In this document: positions 35,549 to 47,396 of the stretch, piece by piece
Numbering within the stretch: position 1 is the first letter of the stretch
How the letters are laid out: every line of letters begins with the position of its first letter
Source of the DNA: Chlamydiales bacterium
GTDB lineage: Bacteria; Chlamydiota; Chlamydiia; Chlamydiales; JAAZZY01
NCBI GenBank assembly: GCA_965206695.1
Contig: CBDBKM010000010.1
Coordinates: 288,001-352,000 of the forward strand
Length of the DNA: 64,000 bases
Reading direction: 5' to 3'
Notes under the pieces: model-generated
Databases searched by the model: none
Seen by the model: only the letters and a program-made list of their open reading frames with translations
What the model was told of the DNA's origin: nothing
Translations under genes and position numbers: made by a program

Positions 35549-37079
35549 AAGATTCAACGACTTTATTTTCATCTATATTAAGCGTTTCATTATGAGCTAC
35601 CAGAGTATTAAATTCTTTACCTAATAAGCGAGCGGCAGCAATCCAACCGACGATCACAATCATTAAAAAACCTGCTACAAAAGGAGCACTTGCTGCCAAG
35701 CCACTAAAAATCATAAGCAGACCCTGATGAATTAACGATCCTCCGGATTTACCAATACGAGAACCTACACCATCGATAGCAGCTTTTCCTTTTTGTCTGG
35801 ACTCGGTGCTTAATGGAATAAAACTTAATTCTTTAGTCGCGTCAAATAATGAATATTTACAACCCCGACTTAATACATTTTGAGTAGAACCGAATAAAAC
35901 AACCAATGCAAGAGGAGATATTCCCAGTAAAGGTCTTAATACTGAGTCCAAAGCATCAGAAAAGAATAAACAACTGAAAAATCCAACACTTGTAATTAAT
36001 AGAATGACAGGACATATCAGAGCCGAGAATGTCCAACCGCATCTTTTGATAAAAGCTCCTGCTACCAGAGCTAAAATAATAGCTACAATACCCGTCCATG
36101 TTGTAATAGTATTGATATAAATATGATAATCATTTGCATCAGGATAGAGCTGCCTAATTTGATGCTTCCAAAGAACTTCTACAAGATTTATGACTAAGTT
36201 ATAAGAAAGGACAATGACGGCTATATAAATAAGGTATTTTGATTTGGCAAGATAAGCAAAATTTCTTCTTACCGACATCTTAAAAGAGCCTCGATCCTTT
36301 TGTTTATACCGGCCACCTTGAAATGATTTTTCCGAATTATCAAACCCGTTTAGATGGAGCCAACGGAAAATACCCATAATAATAAGGCCTGAAATGACAA
36401 TCACTATCGTTAAAGAAGTTAACGACGCTTGCCAAGCATCAGTTGCATTGGATCCGGATCTAAAATGCCCGGAGCAGAAAATAGCGACCTGACCTGCAAT
36501 TACTCCCGAACAATTCATCCCTACACCTAAAAGGCCATAAAAACGCTTTGCCTCGTCAACCGTATTGATTTCATTGGCAAAACCCCAAAACAGCATAGAC
36601 AAAACGATACAGCTCCACAGCTCAGACATCACATAAAAGCCGGTAAAAGACCAATAACGAATCATCGCAACAAATCCGGACAAACCTCTTGGCAAAATTT
36701 CACTAAGAATATCTCCAAAAGCATGTAAATGCATAGCATCTCTAAAAGGATACAGGCAAAAAGTAAAAATCATGAAATAACTTAAGAAAATAGACAAAAT
36801 GATATAAAATACTTTTTCCATACTAAATCGATTCGATAAACGAGAGAAAAGAGATGTCATAAGAATGGCGCCGGGAAGCATCACCCAGACCTTAATAAAA
36901 GGAATAATTTCAGCACCTGAATCTTGACCTGTAATAATCAAAGCATCTTTTGCATTACGCAAAATATTATAAATAAAACCTATCAAAAAGAAGATGACAA
37001 ACATTGGAATAAATTTTTTTAATTCATTTCGTCCAACAGGGCATATATCTTGGAAAATGGCTTTACATTTTGCTAACAT
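35514..37079 (-). CDS. Npt/Tlc family nucleotide (ATP/ADP-type) transporter
   Basis: ELKKFIPM, YNILRNAKD, SGAEIIPF, SELW, FWGFANEI, EAKRFY, KYSLFDATKE, GKAAIDGVGSRIGKSGGS. Substrate not determinable by eye. Confidence 0.95.
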   Translation of the reverse strand: MLAKCKAIFQDICPVGRNELKKFIPMFVIFFLIGFIYNILRNAKDALIITGQDSGAEIIPFIKVWVMLPGAILMTSLFSRLSNRFSMEKVFYIILSIFLSYFMIFTFCLYPFRDAMHLHAFGDILSEILPRGLSGFVAMIRYWSFTGFYVMSELWSCIVLSMLFWGFANEINTVDEAKRFYGLLGVGMNCSGVIAGQVAIFCSGHFRSGSNATDAWQASLTSLTIVIVISGLIIMGIFRWLHLNGFDNSEKSFQGGRYKQKDRGSFKMSVRRNFAYLAKSKYLIYIAVIVLSYNLVINLVEVLWKHQIRQLYPDANDYHIYINTITTWTGIVAIILALVAGAFIKRCGWTFSALICPVILLITSVGFFSCLFFSDALDSVLRPLLGISPLALVVLFGSTQNVLSRGCKYSLFDATKELSFIPLSTESRQKGKAAIDGVGSRIGKSGGSLIHQGLLMIFSGLAASAPFVAGFLMIVIVGWIAAARLLGKEFNTLVAHNETLNIDENKVVESSNKKASDPQVV

Positions 37080-37538
37080 ATTGAGCCCTTGTGTTAAGAA
37101 GATATATCAGTAATATAAAAAATAAGTAAAAGAAAATAGAATCGAGACAATCGATCCTTTCTTGAAGTAGAGAGAGTGGAAACTTTAAAAGCGGTATTAG
37201 AGGTTTATCCGCTTGCAATGAAGGTATCTCCATTAAGTTAATTGTTTAATGAGCTAATAAATAGCTCCTATCTTTAGTCTCTTTCAAGTCTAAAAAAATG
37301 ACTTTTTTGTCAAAAAGACGAAGAGAAGCTCAAAATTTGGACTATCTTAACAAGTTGCCCTAAATTTAGCAACCACCCATAAAAAGAAAGTAATTGTTAT
37401 AGCTTTTTACTTTTTTTTATCTAAATACACTTAATACTAAAATAATAAATTGACAATTAAAACTGATACCTATTAACAGTTGATTCCTCTGAAACGAAGG
37501 ATTTTACACTGTATGGTGTCGGTATCGATGAACATTCT

Positions 37539-37566
37539 CTTAAGGAAGCAGACTTAAGGAAGCAGA
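37539..37566. repeat. 14-bp tandem duplication
   Basis: CTTAAGGAAGCAGA x2 in the intergenic region. Confidence 0.8.
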
Positions 37567-37702
37567 ATTAAAATCTAAAGATTATGAAAAAAAGTGTCTT
37601 AAAATCTTTCACAAATTAATATGATAATGTTATGGTAATCACCATTTATTAAATATTCTCTTGTTTTCGTTTAACCATTTGATAAACCTAAGGAGTTTAG
37701 TT

Positions 37703-38275
37703 ATGAGATGTGTAACTAAAACTATATTATTCACTTTTTTATTTCTTTTCGGAGGCTTAGCAACTATGTGTGCAGATGATCTTGAACATACGTTATATTT
37801 AGACTTAAAAGATGGCCGGGTTGTTATTCAAATGCATCCTGAAGCAGCACCTAAGCATGTTGCTCGAATTAAAGAATTAGTTCGTCAGAAATTCTATGAT
37901 GGTATTGTCTTTCATCGAGTTATTGATGGCTTTATGGCTCAAACCGGAGATCCTACCGGAACAGGAATGTTTGGGTCCGGTCAAAACTTGGAAGCTGAGT
38001 TCAATGATTATCCACATGTGAGAGGAACACTCTCCATGGCTCGAGGTCCTGATGTAAATAGTGCTGATAGTCAGTTTTTTATTGTTTTTCAAGAAGCTCG
38101 TTATTTAGATCATCAATATACTGCTTGGGGTACTGTTATAGAAGGAATGGAAATTGTTGATAAGGTCAAGAAGGGAGAAAGTGCCAATAATGGTACTGTA
38201 GATGAGCCTGATAAGATCATTTCTATGTCGGTAGCTGTTGATGTTGAAAAAGCTGCAGAAGCGGAAAAAAAATAG
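37703..38275 (+). CDS. Cyclophilin-type peptidyl-prolyl isomerase, exported
   Basis: AGGAG RBS, signal peptide, FYDGIVFHRVIDGFMAQTGDPTGTG, SQFFI. Confidence 0.95.
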   Translation: MRCVTKTILFTFLFLFGGLATMCADDLEHTLYLDLKDGRVVIQMHPEAAPKHVARIKELVRQKFYDGIVFHRVIDGFMAQTGDPTGTGMFGSGQNLEAEFNDYPHVRGTLSMARGPDVNSADSQFFIVFQEARYLDHQYTAWGTVIEGMEIVDKVKKGESANNGTVDEPDKIISMSVAVDVEKAAEAEKK

Positions 38276-38288
38276 TTTTTATACTAAC

Positions 38289-38323
38289 AAAGAAGCACTT
38301 CTTAGCTTAAGAAATGCTTCTTT
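38289..38323 (+). terminator. Probable intrinsic terminator
   Basis: AAAGAAGCACTTCTTA-gct-TAAGAAATGCTTCTTT hairpin just after the stop codon. Confidence 0.6.
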
Positions 38324-38496
38324 CCTCTAAATCATCGAGAAATATCCGATTGATAGACTTAGAGATTAATATTCATTTGGATTTGATCTAAAATAGAAGG
38401 AATATTCCGGCTATATTCAGCGTTTGCATCATCCCAATCATCCATATTAAGATCCTGCTCTGTAATTAACAATTTTTGAGTTAGTTAAAAAAGGTC

Positions 38497-39050
38497 TCGG
38501 AGACGGCAGCTAACATTTGAAACCGTTGATTAACTCAACTACCCACATCGTGCGGGTTTTCTCATTGCGCTTTTCCTGTTTCAACACGGTCCCTATCATT
38601 ACCGCTAAGCGGCTACTTTCGGCTTGTTTGACGTTCCACAGGCACTACCTGCACTCCTTGCATTGGCTAATATATTTCTCGCGGCATTGATATCTCTGTC
38701 ATGCTCTTCACCACAACTTATATAACACCAACGTCGCACATTAAGACCCAACTCATTGAGTACAAACCTACACCTTGAACACGTTTTACTCGTATTCCTT
38801 GGATTAGCAAGCATAAAATCTCTTTTATACCAATTAGATTTATACTCAAGTTGTCGGCGGAACTCACTCCAAGACGCGTCCCCGATCGATCGACTTAACT
38901 TTTTGTTAGACATCATTCTACGCACAGAAAGGTCTTCTACTGCCACCGTTTGGTGTTTCTTAACAATAGTCGTACTCAATTTGTGCAAAAAGTCTCGCCT
39001 CTTATCGGCTATTCGCACATGAAGCTTTCCAAGCCTTTTACGTGCCTTTA
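38497..39050 (-). mobile_element. tnpB: 3' half of a tnpB element (second copy) including its right end
   Basis: Near-identical to 46110-46662; identity stops at a TA inside tnpB and at ...GTCTCCGA downstream. Confidence 0.92.
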
Positions 39051-40708
39051 TAGTCATAAAAATATTTCTTTTTGCTCGCATTAAAGCCATGATACTCTTT
39101 TCCTTTAATTAGCTTAGAACGCCGGATACGAACGTTTTTGCAGACTTGAACAGGAAATGAATCCACGATAAAACATTGATGCGATTTAAGAGGCGCGTAA
39201 CGCCTCATAAATCGCATAAGAAGTTCCCAAACGGATAAAGGTATTTGATGTATTCTTTCGTTCAATCGGTTAATGCTAAGCATATCGGGCATATAACCAT
39301 GTTCCAACAGGAAGCTTCCGGCTTGAATAATATTGCCTCCAAAAAAACTGAGTAGCAACAATTAAAGAAGTCATGACTTCTGAGTCTTTCATTTTTTCAT
39401 TGTGCCATGCTATACCCCTTATGAATCAAAGTGCCGATTCTAAGACTTGAAAATGATCATTGATTCGTTTCCTCATTGATTGAGCAATAGAGGGCCAAGT
39501 ATTTTCAAAAAATCCGGTAATCGATCTCCGAAATTCTTTAGCAGAATTAAAAAACCGATTATTGCGACAATATTCATTCATCACTTTCCATAATCGTTCA
39601 ATGGGATTGAGGTTAGGACTGTAAGAAGGTAAATAATAGAGAATAATACCTTGTTTTTCTGCTTCTTGTTTGGTCTGAATACTTGTATTATAAGGGCCTT
39701 GATCTAAAATAAGATGGATATTTGGAGCTGAGAGGTATTTTGACCGTAGCAAAGCAAAATGCTTTGCCATGGTACCGCTATTTAATGTTTCATAAGCATC
39801 TATTGTTACCTTCATACTGTTTAAATTGATAGACCCCATAAGATTCATTCGAGTACGAGAAGCTGTTGTTGCAATCAATTTATCTGTTCCCGGTCGAATC
39901 CAACCATAAAAAATTTTAGTTGCCATAGTTGGATGTACACCATCAGCAAATTCAACAGGCTCATTTTTAGGCAGAGATGCCATAAGCTTGGCGTAAAATT
40001 GCATCCAAGCTTTTTGTTGATCAGAATTTGCCTTAGCCGGTGTACCTTTAGGCTTTTTATAGGAAAAACCATGTGAGTGTAGCCAAGAAGTCATCCCTGA
40101 AATCGTATAAACAATGCCATATTTCGCGAGAACATAAGAACAGATATCTTCTACTTTGACATAGGTATGAGTTGTTAAATGTTTAATGAATTCTTCTGAC
40201 TGTGGCGCAAGAAGTTTACTGACTGAACCACCGCTTTCTACATGCAATTGCTGTTTATTTTGATATTCTTTAATGTGACGAGACACTGTTTCATCGTCTA
40301 AAAGCACAGCTTCAGCAATACGAGTATTACTCCAACCTTTATTCGACAATAGAACAGCCTTGATACGATCTCGTATACGACCATTCTTTTCTCGTTTATG
40401 TTGCTGTCTGAGATGCTTTTCTTCTGATAGTGTTAAAAATGAATTCATACAAAATAATTTACACTATACGAATACAAAATATCCGGAGGTTTATCCGTGA
40501 TGAGTATATAGTGTTTAATTCGTTTAAATAGTCATCACAAATACAATAGATGGCACATATTTCAAACTTCATGGCTTCCTCCTTTAACTGATATGTTTCG
40601 TGAAAAACAACTATTCTGAAGGAAGAAGCCTTTTTCTTTTAGATCTTTTTCAAATAATTAATTGAATATCGAGAATGTTATTATGAGTTAGTTATATCGA
40701 ACTTGGGT
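39051..40708 (-). mobile_element. Truncated IS982-family element, interrupted by IS630-C
   Basis: ACCCAAGTTCGA left end at 40708; MKFEICAIYCICDD | ...DSEVMTSL...FFGGN (1-nt frameshift)...IVDSFPVQVC...ASKKKYFY. Confidence 0.85.
39413..40506 (-). mobile_element. IS630 lineage C copy 2
   Basis: 1094 bp, near-identical to 15324-16417; TA duplication. Confidence 0.95.
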
Positions 40709-40783
40709 TAAAACATATACTTTAAAATAAAGTATAGGATGCAATTAGTTAACAACTAATTATTTTTATATTGTTAATTATAT

Positions 40784-42958
40784 TTAGCGTTTTAGTAATC
40801 GAAGTCCATTAAATACAACGAGTAAGGAAGCTCCCATATCGGCTCCAATAGCCATCCATAAAGTAGATAGGCCGAAGAGAGCTAAGATCATAAAGAGAAA
40901 TTTAAGCCCTAATGCAAAATAGATATTTTGTTTAATGATCTTAAGAGTATTTTTTGAATGTCTAATTAACCAGGGGATTTTGGAGAGATCATCGGACATT
41001 AAAGCGATATCTGCGGTTTCAATAGCAACATCGGTTCCCATCGTTCCCATTGCTATACCACAATTTGAAGCAGCCATGGCGGGGGCATCATTAACACCAT
41101 CTCCAATCATGGCGACGGGGCCCCATTTTGCCTTTAATTCTTCAATAATATTCAGCTTGTCAACAGGTAAAAGTTCGGCATAGAACTGATCAATTTGAAT
41201 CTCTTCTGCTAATGCCTTAGCTGTAGGGATATTGTCACCTGTAAGCATAACAAGATGTTTTATCCCTGTTGCTTTCATTGAAATAAGTATTTCTGTGATT
41301 AGTTTTTTGGGAGCATCGGAAATGCTAATCAATCCTAACACATTTGTATCATTACCAAGAGCAACAACACTACATCCCGTCTCTTCTAATTTAGTTGCGA
41401 TGTCATGAATATTAATAGGTTCCTTGAACCTCTGATGCATAAATCGATGACTGCCAATCCAAAATAATTGATTATCGACAACTCCTTCAGCTCCCAGTCC
41501 TTTAAAATTTTTAAAATCACTACAGGGCTTGATTTCTATTTTCTTTTCCTTGGAATGTTTTATAATGGCTCCGGCAAGCGGGTGCTCACTTGATAGTTCT
41601 ATCGAGGCAGCTATTTTTAGAATTTCGGCCTCCGTATAATCACCCAAAGAAATAATTTTTTGTACACCGGGCTGACCTTGTGTAATCGTTCCTGTTTTAT
41701 CAAAAGCTAAAACTTGAAGTGTGGCGGGTAACTCAAGAGCCATCCCTCCTTTAATAAGAATACCGTGTTTTGCAGAAGCAGTCAAAGCTGATACTATACT
41801 GACAGGAGTCGATATAACAAGAGCACAAGGGCAAGCAATTACTAATATGACAAGACCTCTGGAAAACCAGTCTATCCAAGAAGCATCAAATAGAAGAGGA
41901 GGAATCACAATGATGAAAAAAGCTAAAATTACCATGATTGGTGTGTAAATTTGTGCAAATTTTTCAACCCACCTTTGAGTCGCAGCTCTTTTAGATTGCG
42001 ATTTTTCAATTAGGTTAATAATTCCGGCTAAAGTCGTATCCTTAGAATCTTTGATTACAAGACATTCTAAAGCGCCATCATCATTAATAGTTCCGGCATA
42101 GACAGTGTCATTAGGATTTTTTTCTACCGGTATCGATTCTCCTGTAATCGGAGCTTGATTGACATTAGAAGACCCTTTAATAACCATAGCATCTAAAGGG
42201 ATCTTCTCACCCGGATGAATAAAAATAGTCGTACTCTTTTCTATATGTTCGACACGCTTTATAATGAACTTACCTGTTTCGGAGTCTTGGATACGAGCAG
42301 TCGTAGGGGATAGGTCCATTAATGATGAAATGGCTTTACGAGCATGAGCCATACTCCAATGTTCGAGTTGCAAGGCGACAGCAAATAAAAAGGAAACAGT
42401 CGCAGCTTCGAACCATTCTCCAATAATCATGGCACCAATAACAGCAATGGTCATTAAAAGATTCATATCGGCTCTAAAATGACTAATAGCTTTAATCATT
42501 TTTGGAAAAACAAACCAGGCACCTGTAATAATAGCAAATAAATAGAAAATAAGGATTCTATAGGGCAGCGATAGAAAAAGAAATCCCGTTTTTTTTCTAT
42601 TTCCAAGAAGTAAATCTTGAAAATCGGGAAATACGAGAAACTCTAAAATCAAAGCAATGACTAGAAAGATGCCACTGCAATAAACCATAATAAGAGGCCC
42701 TTTGCTTGACCAAAAGGATCCGGACTCTTGAAGTAGCCGCTCTTCCCATAAATAAGATTGCATTCCGGTAGATGCAATCAAGCGCTCTATCATTTTAGTG
42801 CTAATGACTTCCCTGTTATAATTCACTGTCATCTTTCCATTGAGGACATCAAAAAATAAATCATCAATACCTTCTCGATTCGCGAATACCTTTTTTAGCA
42901 CTTTGACTTCTTCAGCGCAGTCGAGTCCGGCAATCTTATAGGAAATTTCTTGCTTCAC
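40784..42958 (-). CDS. Heavy-metal-translocating P1B-type ATPase (ZntA/CadA-like)
   Basis: GLDCAEE metal-binding domain, TGES, CPCAL, DKTGT, SEHPL, GDGVNDAPA. Confidence 0.94.
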   Translation of the reverse strand: MKQEISYKIAGLDCAEEVKVLKKVFANREGIDDLFFDVLNGKMTVNYNREVISTKMIERLIASTGMQSYLWEERLLQESGSFWSSKGPLIMVYCSGIFLVIALILEFLVFPDFQDLLLGNRKKTGFLFLSLPYRILIFYLFAIITGAWFVFPKMIKAISHFRADMNLLMTIAVIGAMIIGEWFEAATVSFLFAVALQLEHWSMAHARKAISSLMDLSPTTARIQDSETGKFIIKRVEHIEKSTTIFIHPGEKIPLDAMVIKGSSNVNQAPITGESIPVEKNPNDTVYAGTINDDGALECLVIKDSKDTTLAGIINLIEKSQSKRAATQRWVEKFAQIYTPIMVILAFFIIVIPPLLFDASWIDWFSRGLVILVIACPCALVISTPVSIVSALTASAKHGILIKGGMALELPATLQVLAFDKTGTITQGQPGVQKIISLGDYTEAEILKIAASIELSSEHPLAGAIIKHSKEKKIEIKPCSDFKNFKGLGAEGVVDNQLFWIGSHRFMHQRFKEPINIHDIATKLEETGCSVVALGNDTNVLGLISISDAPKKLITEILISMKATGIKHLVMLTGDNIPTAKALAEEIQIDQFYAELLPVDKLNIIEELKAKWGPVAMIGDGVNDAPAMAASNCGIAMGTMGTDVAIETADIALMSDDLSKIPWLIRHSKNTLKIIKQNIYFALGLKFLFMILALFGLSTLWMAIGADMGASLLVVFNGLRLLKR

Positions 42959-42994
42959 CTTGATTCCTTATCTATTTCTCCCAAATTTAATATT

Positions 42995-43170
42995 TTGACA
43001 GCTTCCAACCCTCAAGGGGAAGGATTCCTCATTCACAGACCACAGCTAACAAAAGAGTTAGTCTAACATAATCTCCAAAGGCTTAAATTACCGACTGCCC
43101 TTCGGTATATATATTATATGATGCATTACAATCTCTGTCATGCTTAATTTTATAATTTGAGCATTCCGGG
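42995..43170 (-). mobile_element. IS200/IS605 right-end remnant (tnpB C-terminal trace plus probable omegaRNA scaffold)
   Basis: Minus strand encodes ECSNYKIKHDRDCNASYNI, then ACCGAAGGGCAGTCGG...GCCTTTGGAGAT...GAATCCTTCCCCTTGAGGGTTGGAAGCTGTCAA (subterminal hairpin and GTCAA end). Confidence 0.75.
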
Positions 43171-43487
43171 TAAAAATTTTATCCATTATACCTGTATTCT
43201 AAGTGTGCATTAAAGTGTAGCAAGATCAATATATTTGAGGGTTTTTTTTCTTAAATCAAGTGAGTAAGCCATTCGTGCATGATATATCATCATAATGAAA
43301 AACAAAATTTCATGCACTATCGTCTCGGAATGCACAAGATACTAATTTTAATTATCTCCCATGCAAAGCTTTAGAGCAGCTTCAGGATATGCAGAATTAT
43401 TTAAATGAAGAGGAATTGAATTTTCTTGAATAGAATCGGTTTTCTTAATACATAATATTAATCAGAAGTCAATATAGGAAAGTTACG

Positions 43488-43967
43488 ATGTTAAACTATA
43501 AAAAAATTCTCCTTGCAGTCGATTTAGTACCTAAAGATGATGAGCCTGTTTCAGAAAAAGCCGCTGCTATTGCTCAAAGTTGTGGAGCTGAATTACATCT
43601 TATTCATGTAGTACCTTATATTTATACCTATGGAATACCGGGCGACGTTGAAGAGACACATTCTTGGCAAGAAGAAATGGAAACAAAAGCTAAGGATAAG
43701 ATGAAGCAAATCGGTGAGAAATTATCCATTCCGGAAGATAGGCGGATCATTACGAGTGGGCAAGCTAAATCCGCTATTATGGCTGTTTTAGCAAATGTTA
43801 AAGCTGATCTTATTGTTTTAGGCTCACATGGCCAACATGGGTTGGGACTATTTATTTATGGATCGACCTCACAAAGTATTTTACAACAAAATAAATGTGA
43901 TGTTTTAGCTGTTCATGTAGATCCAAAAAATTTAACAGAACAACGAGATCTACTTGATGAAGAGTAG
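43488..43967 (+). CDS. Universal stress protein (UspA family)
   Basis: YKKILLAVDL, LHLIHV, ADLIVLGSHG...GSTS...CDVLAV. Confidence 0.93.
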   Translation: MLNYKKILLAVDLVPKDDEPVSEKAAAIAQSCGAELHLIHVVPYIYTYGIPGDVEETHSWQEEMETKAKDKMKQIGEKLSIPEDRRIITSGQAKSAIMAVLANVKADLIVLGSHGQHGLGLFIYGSTSQSILQQNKCDVLAVHVDPKNLTEQRDLLDEE

Positions 43968-44264
43968 TAGCATTTGATTACTTTCATCAATCACCCATAA
44001 AACCACAAGGCACTGACGCTAGGATAACGCCGTTACAAATTTGTTTTTGAATTCCTTCATTAACAATCCAAAATCGCTCCTGCGTGGCCCAAGTTATCGG
44101 AAGATGATTAGGAAAAACATGTTCTAGAGGGAAGAATGGTTGCCCCTCGACATTAAGGTCCTTGATACGTCCACGTTCGGGGTGCATCAACACCATATCC
44201 GCCAATGACTATTGAAACCTCGATTGTGTGTTAGGAAACGCCCAAAAAGACTTTTGCACGACTA

Positions 44265-45199
44265 TAGTATTTTAATTTTTATTTGATAATATGTTATCCT
44301 TCTTTTTTTATACAAACAGTAAGGACAAAACAATGCCTAGAGCCTATTCAGTAGATCTTCGAGAGAAAGTATTACAACATATAGAAAAACATCATGATAA
44401 AAAAACAGCCGGCCATATTTTTCAAGTAGGTATCGCAACAATATATCGATGGATCTTGCAAAAAAAGCAAAAAGGACATTTAAAGCCAATCCGCAGAAAA
44501 TATGCTTATAAGAAATTAGATGATGAGTTGTTATCTAAATATGTAGAAAAACATCCGGATTATTTTTTATCGGAAATTGCTGATTATTTTTCAGTCACTC
44601 CGCAAACGATTTTTTATGCCCTTAAAAGATTAAAAATTACACGAAAAAAAAAACTACTCGCTATAAGGAAAGAAATGAAAAGAAACGGGAAGCTTTTATG
44701 AAAGATTTAAAAAATATTCCCTTTGACAAGAGAATTTATCTCGATGAAACCGGGATTCATCAATTTTTATTTCGTGAGCCCGGAAGAAGCTTACGCGGCA
44801 AAAAAGTTTTTGGAGCGGTTTCAGGAAACCGCTTTATAAGGCAAAATATTATTTCAGCCCTATCTAAAGGGCAGTTTTTATCTCCAATGTGTTTTGAAGG
44901 TACTTGTAATACCGGGTTATTCAATATTTGGCTTAAGGAAGTTTTGACTCCTCAGCTTACACCCGGTAGTGTTCTTATTCTTGACAATGCCGGTTTTCAC
45001 AAGTCAGCAGAAAGCAGGAAAACAGTAGAATCTGCCGGTTGTAAGCTTATGTTTCTTCCTCCATATTCTCCGGACTTAAATCCTATAGAAAAATATTGGG
45101 CTAATATGAAAAATAAAGTTAGAGAGATATTACGAAAAGTTACGAATTTTAAATTCGCCATTGATCAAGCAATCTTATCAATATAAAATTAAATGACTA
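44265..45199 (+). mobile_element. IS630 lineage A copy 3
   Basis: 935 bp, near-identical to the other copies; TA flanks. Confidence 0.95.
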
Positions 45200-46216
45200 T
45201 AAGAATATTCTTTAAGAATATTCGAAGAGAGGGCGTTGCCCTCTTTTGCTTGGGCCTACGCTTAACGCTACAGCCCGCAAAATTCACCCAAAGCAAAGGG
45301 AGCCCTAGTCTACCCATCTCTTTTGCTTGCTTCTTTGAAGCTATGCTTCTAGATCGAACTTTTTTTAAAACCTTGTATTTAGCCAATCGCTTAAAGATAT
45401 GGTTTAACCTGTCTTTACTGTTATCGTTTAACACACGTCTTTAAATAAGGCTTAAAATCCACCTTGTGACAAGCAAGCAACCCCCTTTGCTTTAGTATGG
45501 GCTGCCGGATCGCATTTATGAGAAAAACGTGTCTAGGGTTTGGGTACTTATTTTTCTGTGGAACAGCTCTAAAACACAACCTTTTAATAAAGCAGCCCTT
45601 TGTATTAGTTTATTGCAGTTGTTGATTTGTGTTGGCTTAGTTATTAGTCCTACTGCTGTTATTGTGTATTTGTTTATTCTTTATTTAATGTTTTTATTCA
45701 GTTTAGTTTTGTTTTATTGGTTTTCTTACGAAAAAACAACTAAAACATTTATTAAGTTTGTTTTTAAAAAAAATTATTTGTTACTCATTAGTGTAGTAAG
45801 GCAAGAACCCGATCATATTATTATTAAAAATATTATCCGATAAGGAATACAAAATAAATAACTTTGAAATGGAACAACTTGTTATCCGTATAACCTCGGT
45901 AGTCAATGAGTCAAACAAAAAGATTATTGCCTACAAGGCGAAAACTGAGTCCCAAAAGGTGGAGTTTTTCAAAATAGCTGATAGAATGCAGTGGGGTGTT
46001 TTTTACATGCTTCGCCGGAAAGGCCTCTTTTATTCAGCCAATCCCTTTCAAAAGCTCGGTCAATAAAAGTCTTTTCCGACAGTAAAGAATTTATTATATG
46101 CATCCATTTTCGGAGACGGCGGCTAACATTCGAAATCGTTGATTAACTCAACTACCCGCATCGTGCGGGTTTTCTCATTGCGCTTTTCCTGTTTCAATAC
46201 GTCCCTATCATTACCG

Positions 46217-47341
46217 CTAAGCGGCTACTTTCGGCTTGTTTGACGTTCCACAGGCACTACCTGCACTCCTTGCAGTGGCTAATATATTTCTCGCGGCATT
46301 GATATCTCTGTCATGCTCTTCACCACAACTTATACAACACCAACGTCGCACATTAAGACTCAACTCATTGAGTACAAACCCACACCTCGAACACGTTTTA
46401 CTCGTATTCCTTGGATTAGCAAGCATAAAATCTCTTTTATACCAATTAGATTTATACTCAAGTTGTCGGCGGAACTCACTCCAAGACGCGTCCCCGATCG
46501 ATCGACTTAACTTTTTGTTAGACATCATTCTACGCACAGAAAGGTCTTCTACTGCCACCGTTTGGTGCTTCTTAACAATAGTCGTACTCAATTTGTGCAA
46601 AAAGTCTCGCCTCTTATCGGCTATTCGCGCATGAAGCTTTCCAAGCCTTTTACGTGCCTTTAATCTATTGTTAGATCTCTTCTTTTTTTTAGAAAGAAAT
46701 TTACTTTTCTTTTTCAGTTTCCTTAAGTTTTTTCTTAATATTTTAGGCGATTTTATTTTTTCACCTTCACTTGTTGCGATATAACAATGAAGACCAAGAT
46801 CGATTCCAACAGCAGACATTGTATAGGGAATCTCTTTTTTGCATTTACAATCAACCTGTAAGGATACAAACCATCTATCTGCGGAATCTGTCGATACTGT
46901 TGCACTATTTGGAAATATAGGTACTTCTTGAGACCATATAACATTAATTTTTCCAAGTTTTGGAAGCTTTAATATCGTTTTATCTTTAAAAATATTTTTA
47001 CTTTGTCGTTTGTCAAGTGTATAGGTACAAGATCTTTTGAACCTTTTGAACCTTGGAAACTTTCCTTGTTTGCGAAAAAACCGTTGATATCCGGACTCCA
47101 AACTCTTTAAAGTATTACAATGAACCGTTCCCGTTGTCTTCCTTAAGAAGGGTTTTTCTTTTTTAAGTTTAGTTATTTCACGAGATAGACCAATCCAATT
47201 AATGGAAAATTTCTTTTCTTCATAAAGCTTTGATCTATGTGCTAAAGACCCATTATAAACAAACTTAGAAGATCTAAATTCTTCTTTAAGTTGCCGCCTC
47301 TGCTTGAGTGTCGGATAAAATCTTAGTTTGACTGCTTTCAC
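46217..47341 (-). CDS. tnpB: RNA-guided endonuclease TnpB, apparently intact
   Basis: N-terminal KLRFYPT HTH, RuvC-I GIDLG, RuvC-II VEDL, CSRC...CISC zinc finger, RuvC-III DRDINAA. Confidence 0.95.
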   Translation of the reverse strand: MKAVKLRFYPTLKQRRQLKEEFRSSKFVYNGSLAHRSKLYEEKKFSINWIGLSREITKLKKEKPFLRKTTGTVHCNTLKSLESGYQRFFRKQGKFPRFKRFKRSCTYTLDKRQSKNIFKDKTILKLPKLGKINVIWSQEVPIFPNSATVSTDSADRWFVSLQVDCKCKKEIPYTMSAVGIDLGLHCYIATSEGEKIKSPKILRKNLRKLKKKSKFLSKKKKRSNNRLKARKRLGKLHARIADKRRDFLHKLSTTIVKKHQTVAVEDLSVRRMMSNKKLSRSIGDASWSEFRRQLEYKSNWYKRDFMLANPRNTSKTCSRCGFVLNELSLNVRRWCCISCGEEHDRDINAARNILATARSAGSACGTSNKPKVAA

Positions 47342-47366
47342 TGTAAACTCTTTATTTTAAGAAGCT

Positions 47367-47396
47367 AGTATATCAAACTAGCACCGCCACCGTCAA
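47367..47396 (-). promoter_or_regulatory. Sigma70-type promoter of tnpB
   Basis: TTGACG-N18-TATACT, 25 bp upstream of the GTG start; overlapped by the palindrome GCTAGT-N7-ACTAGC. Confidence 0.6.
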
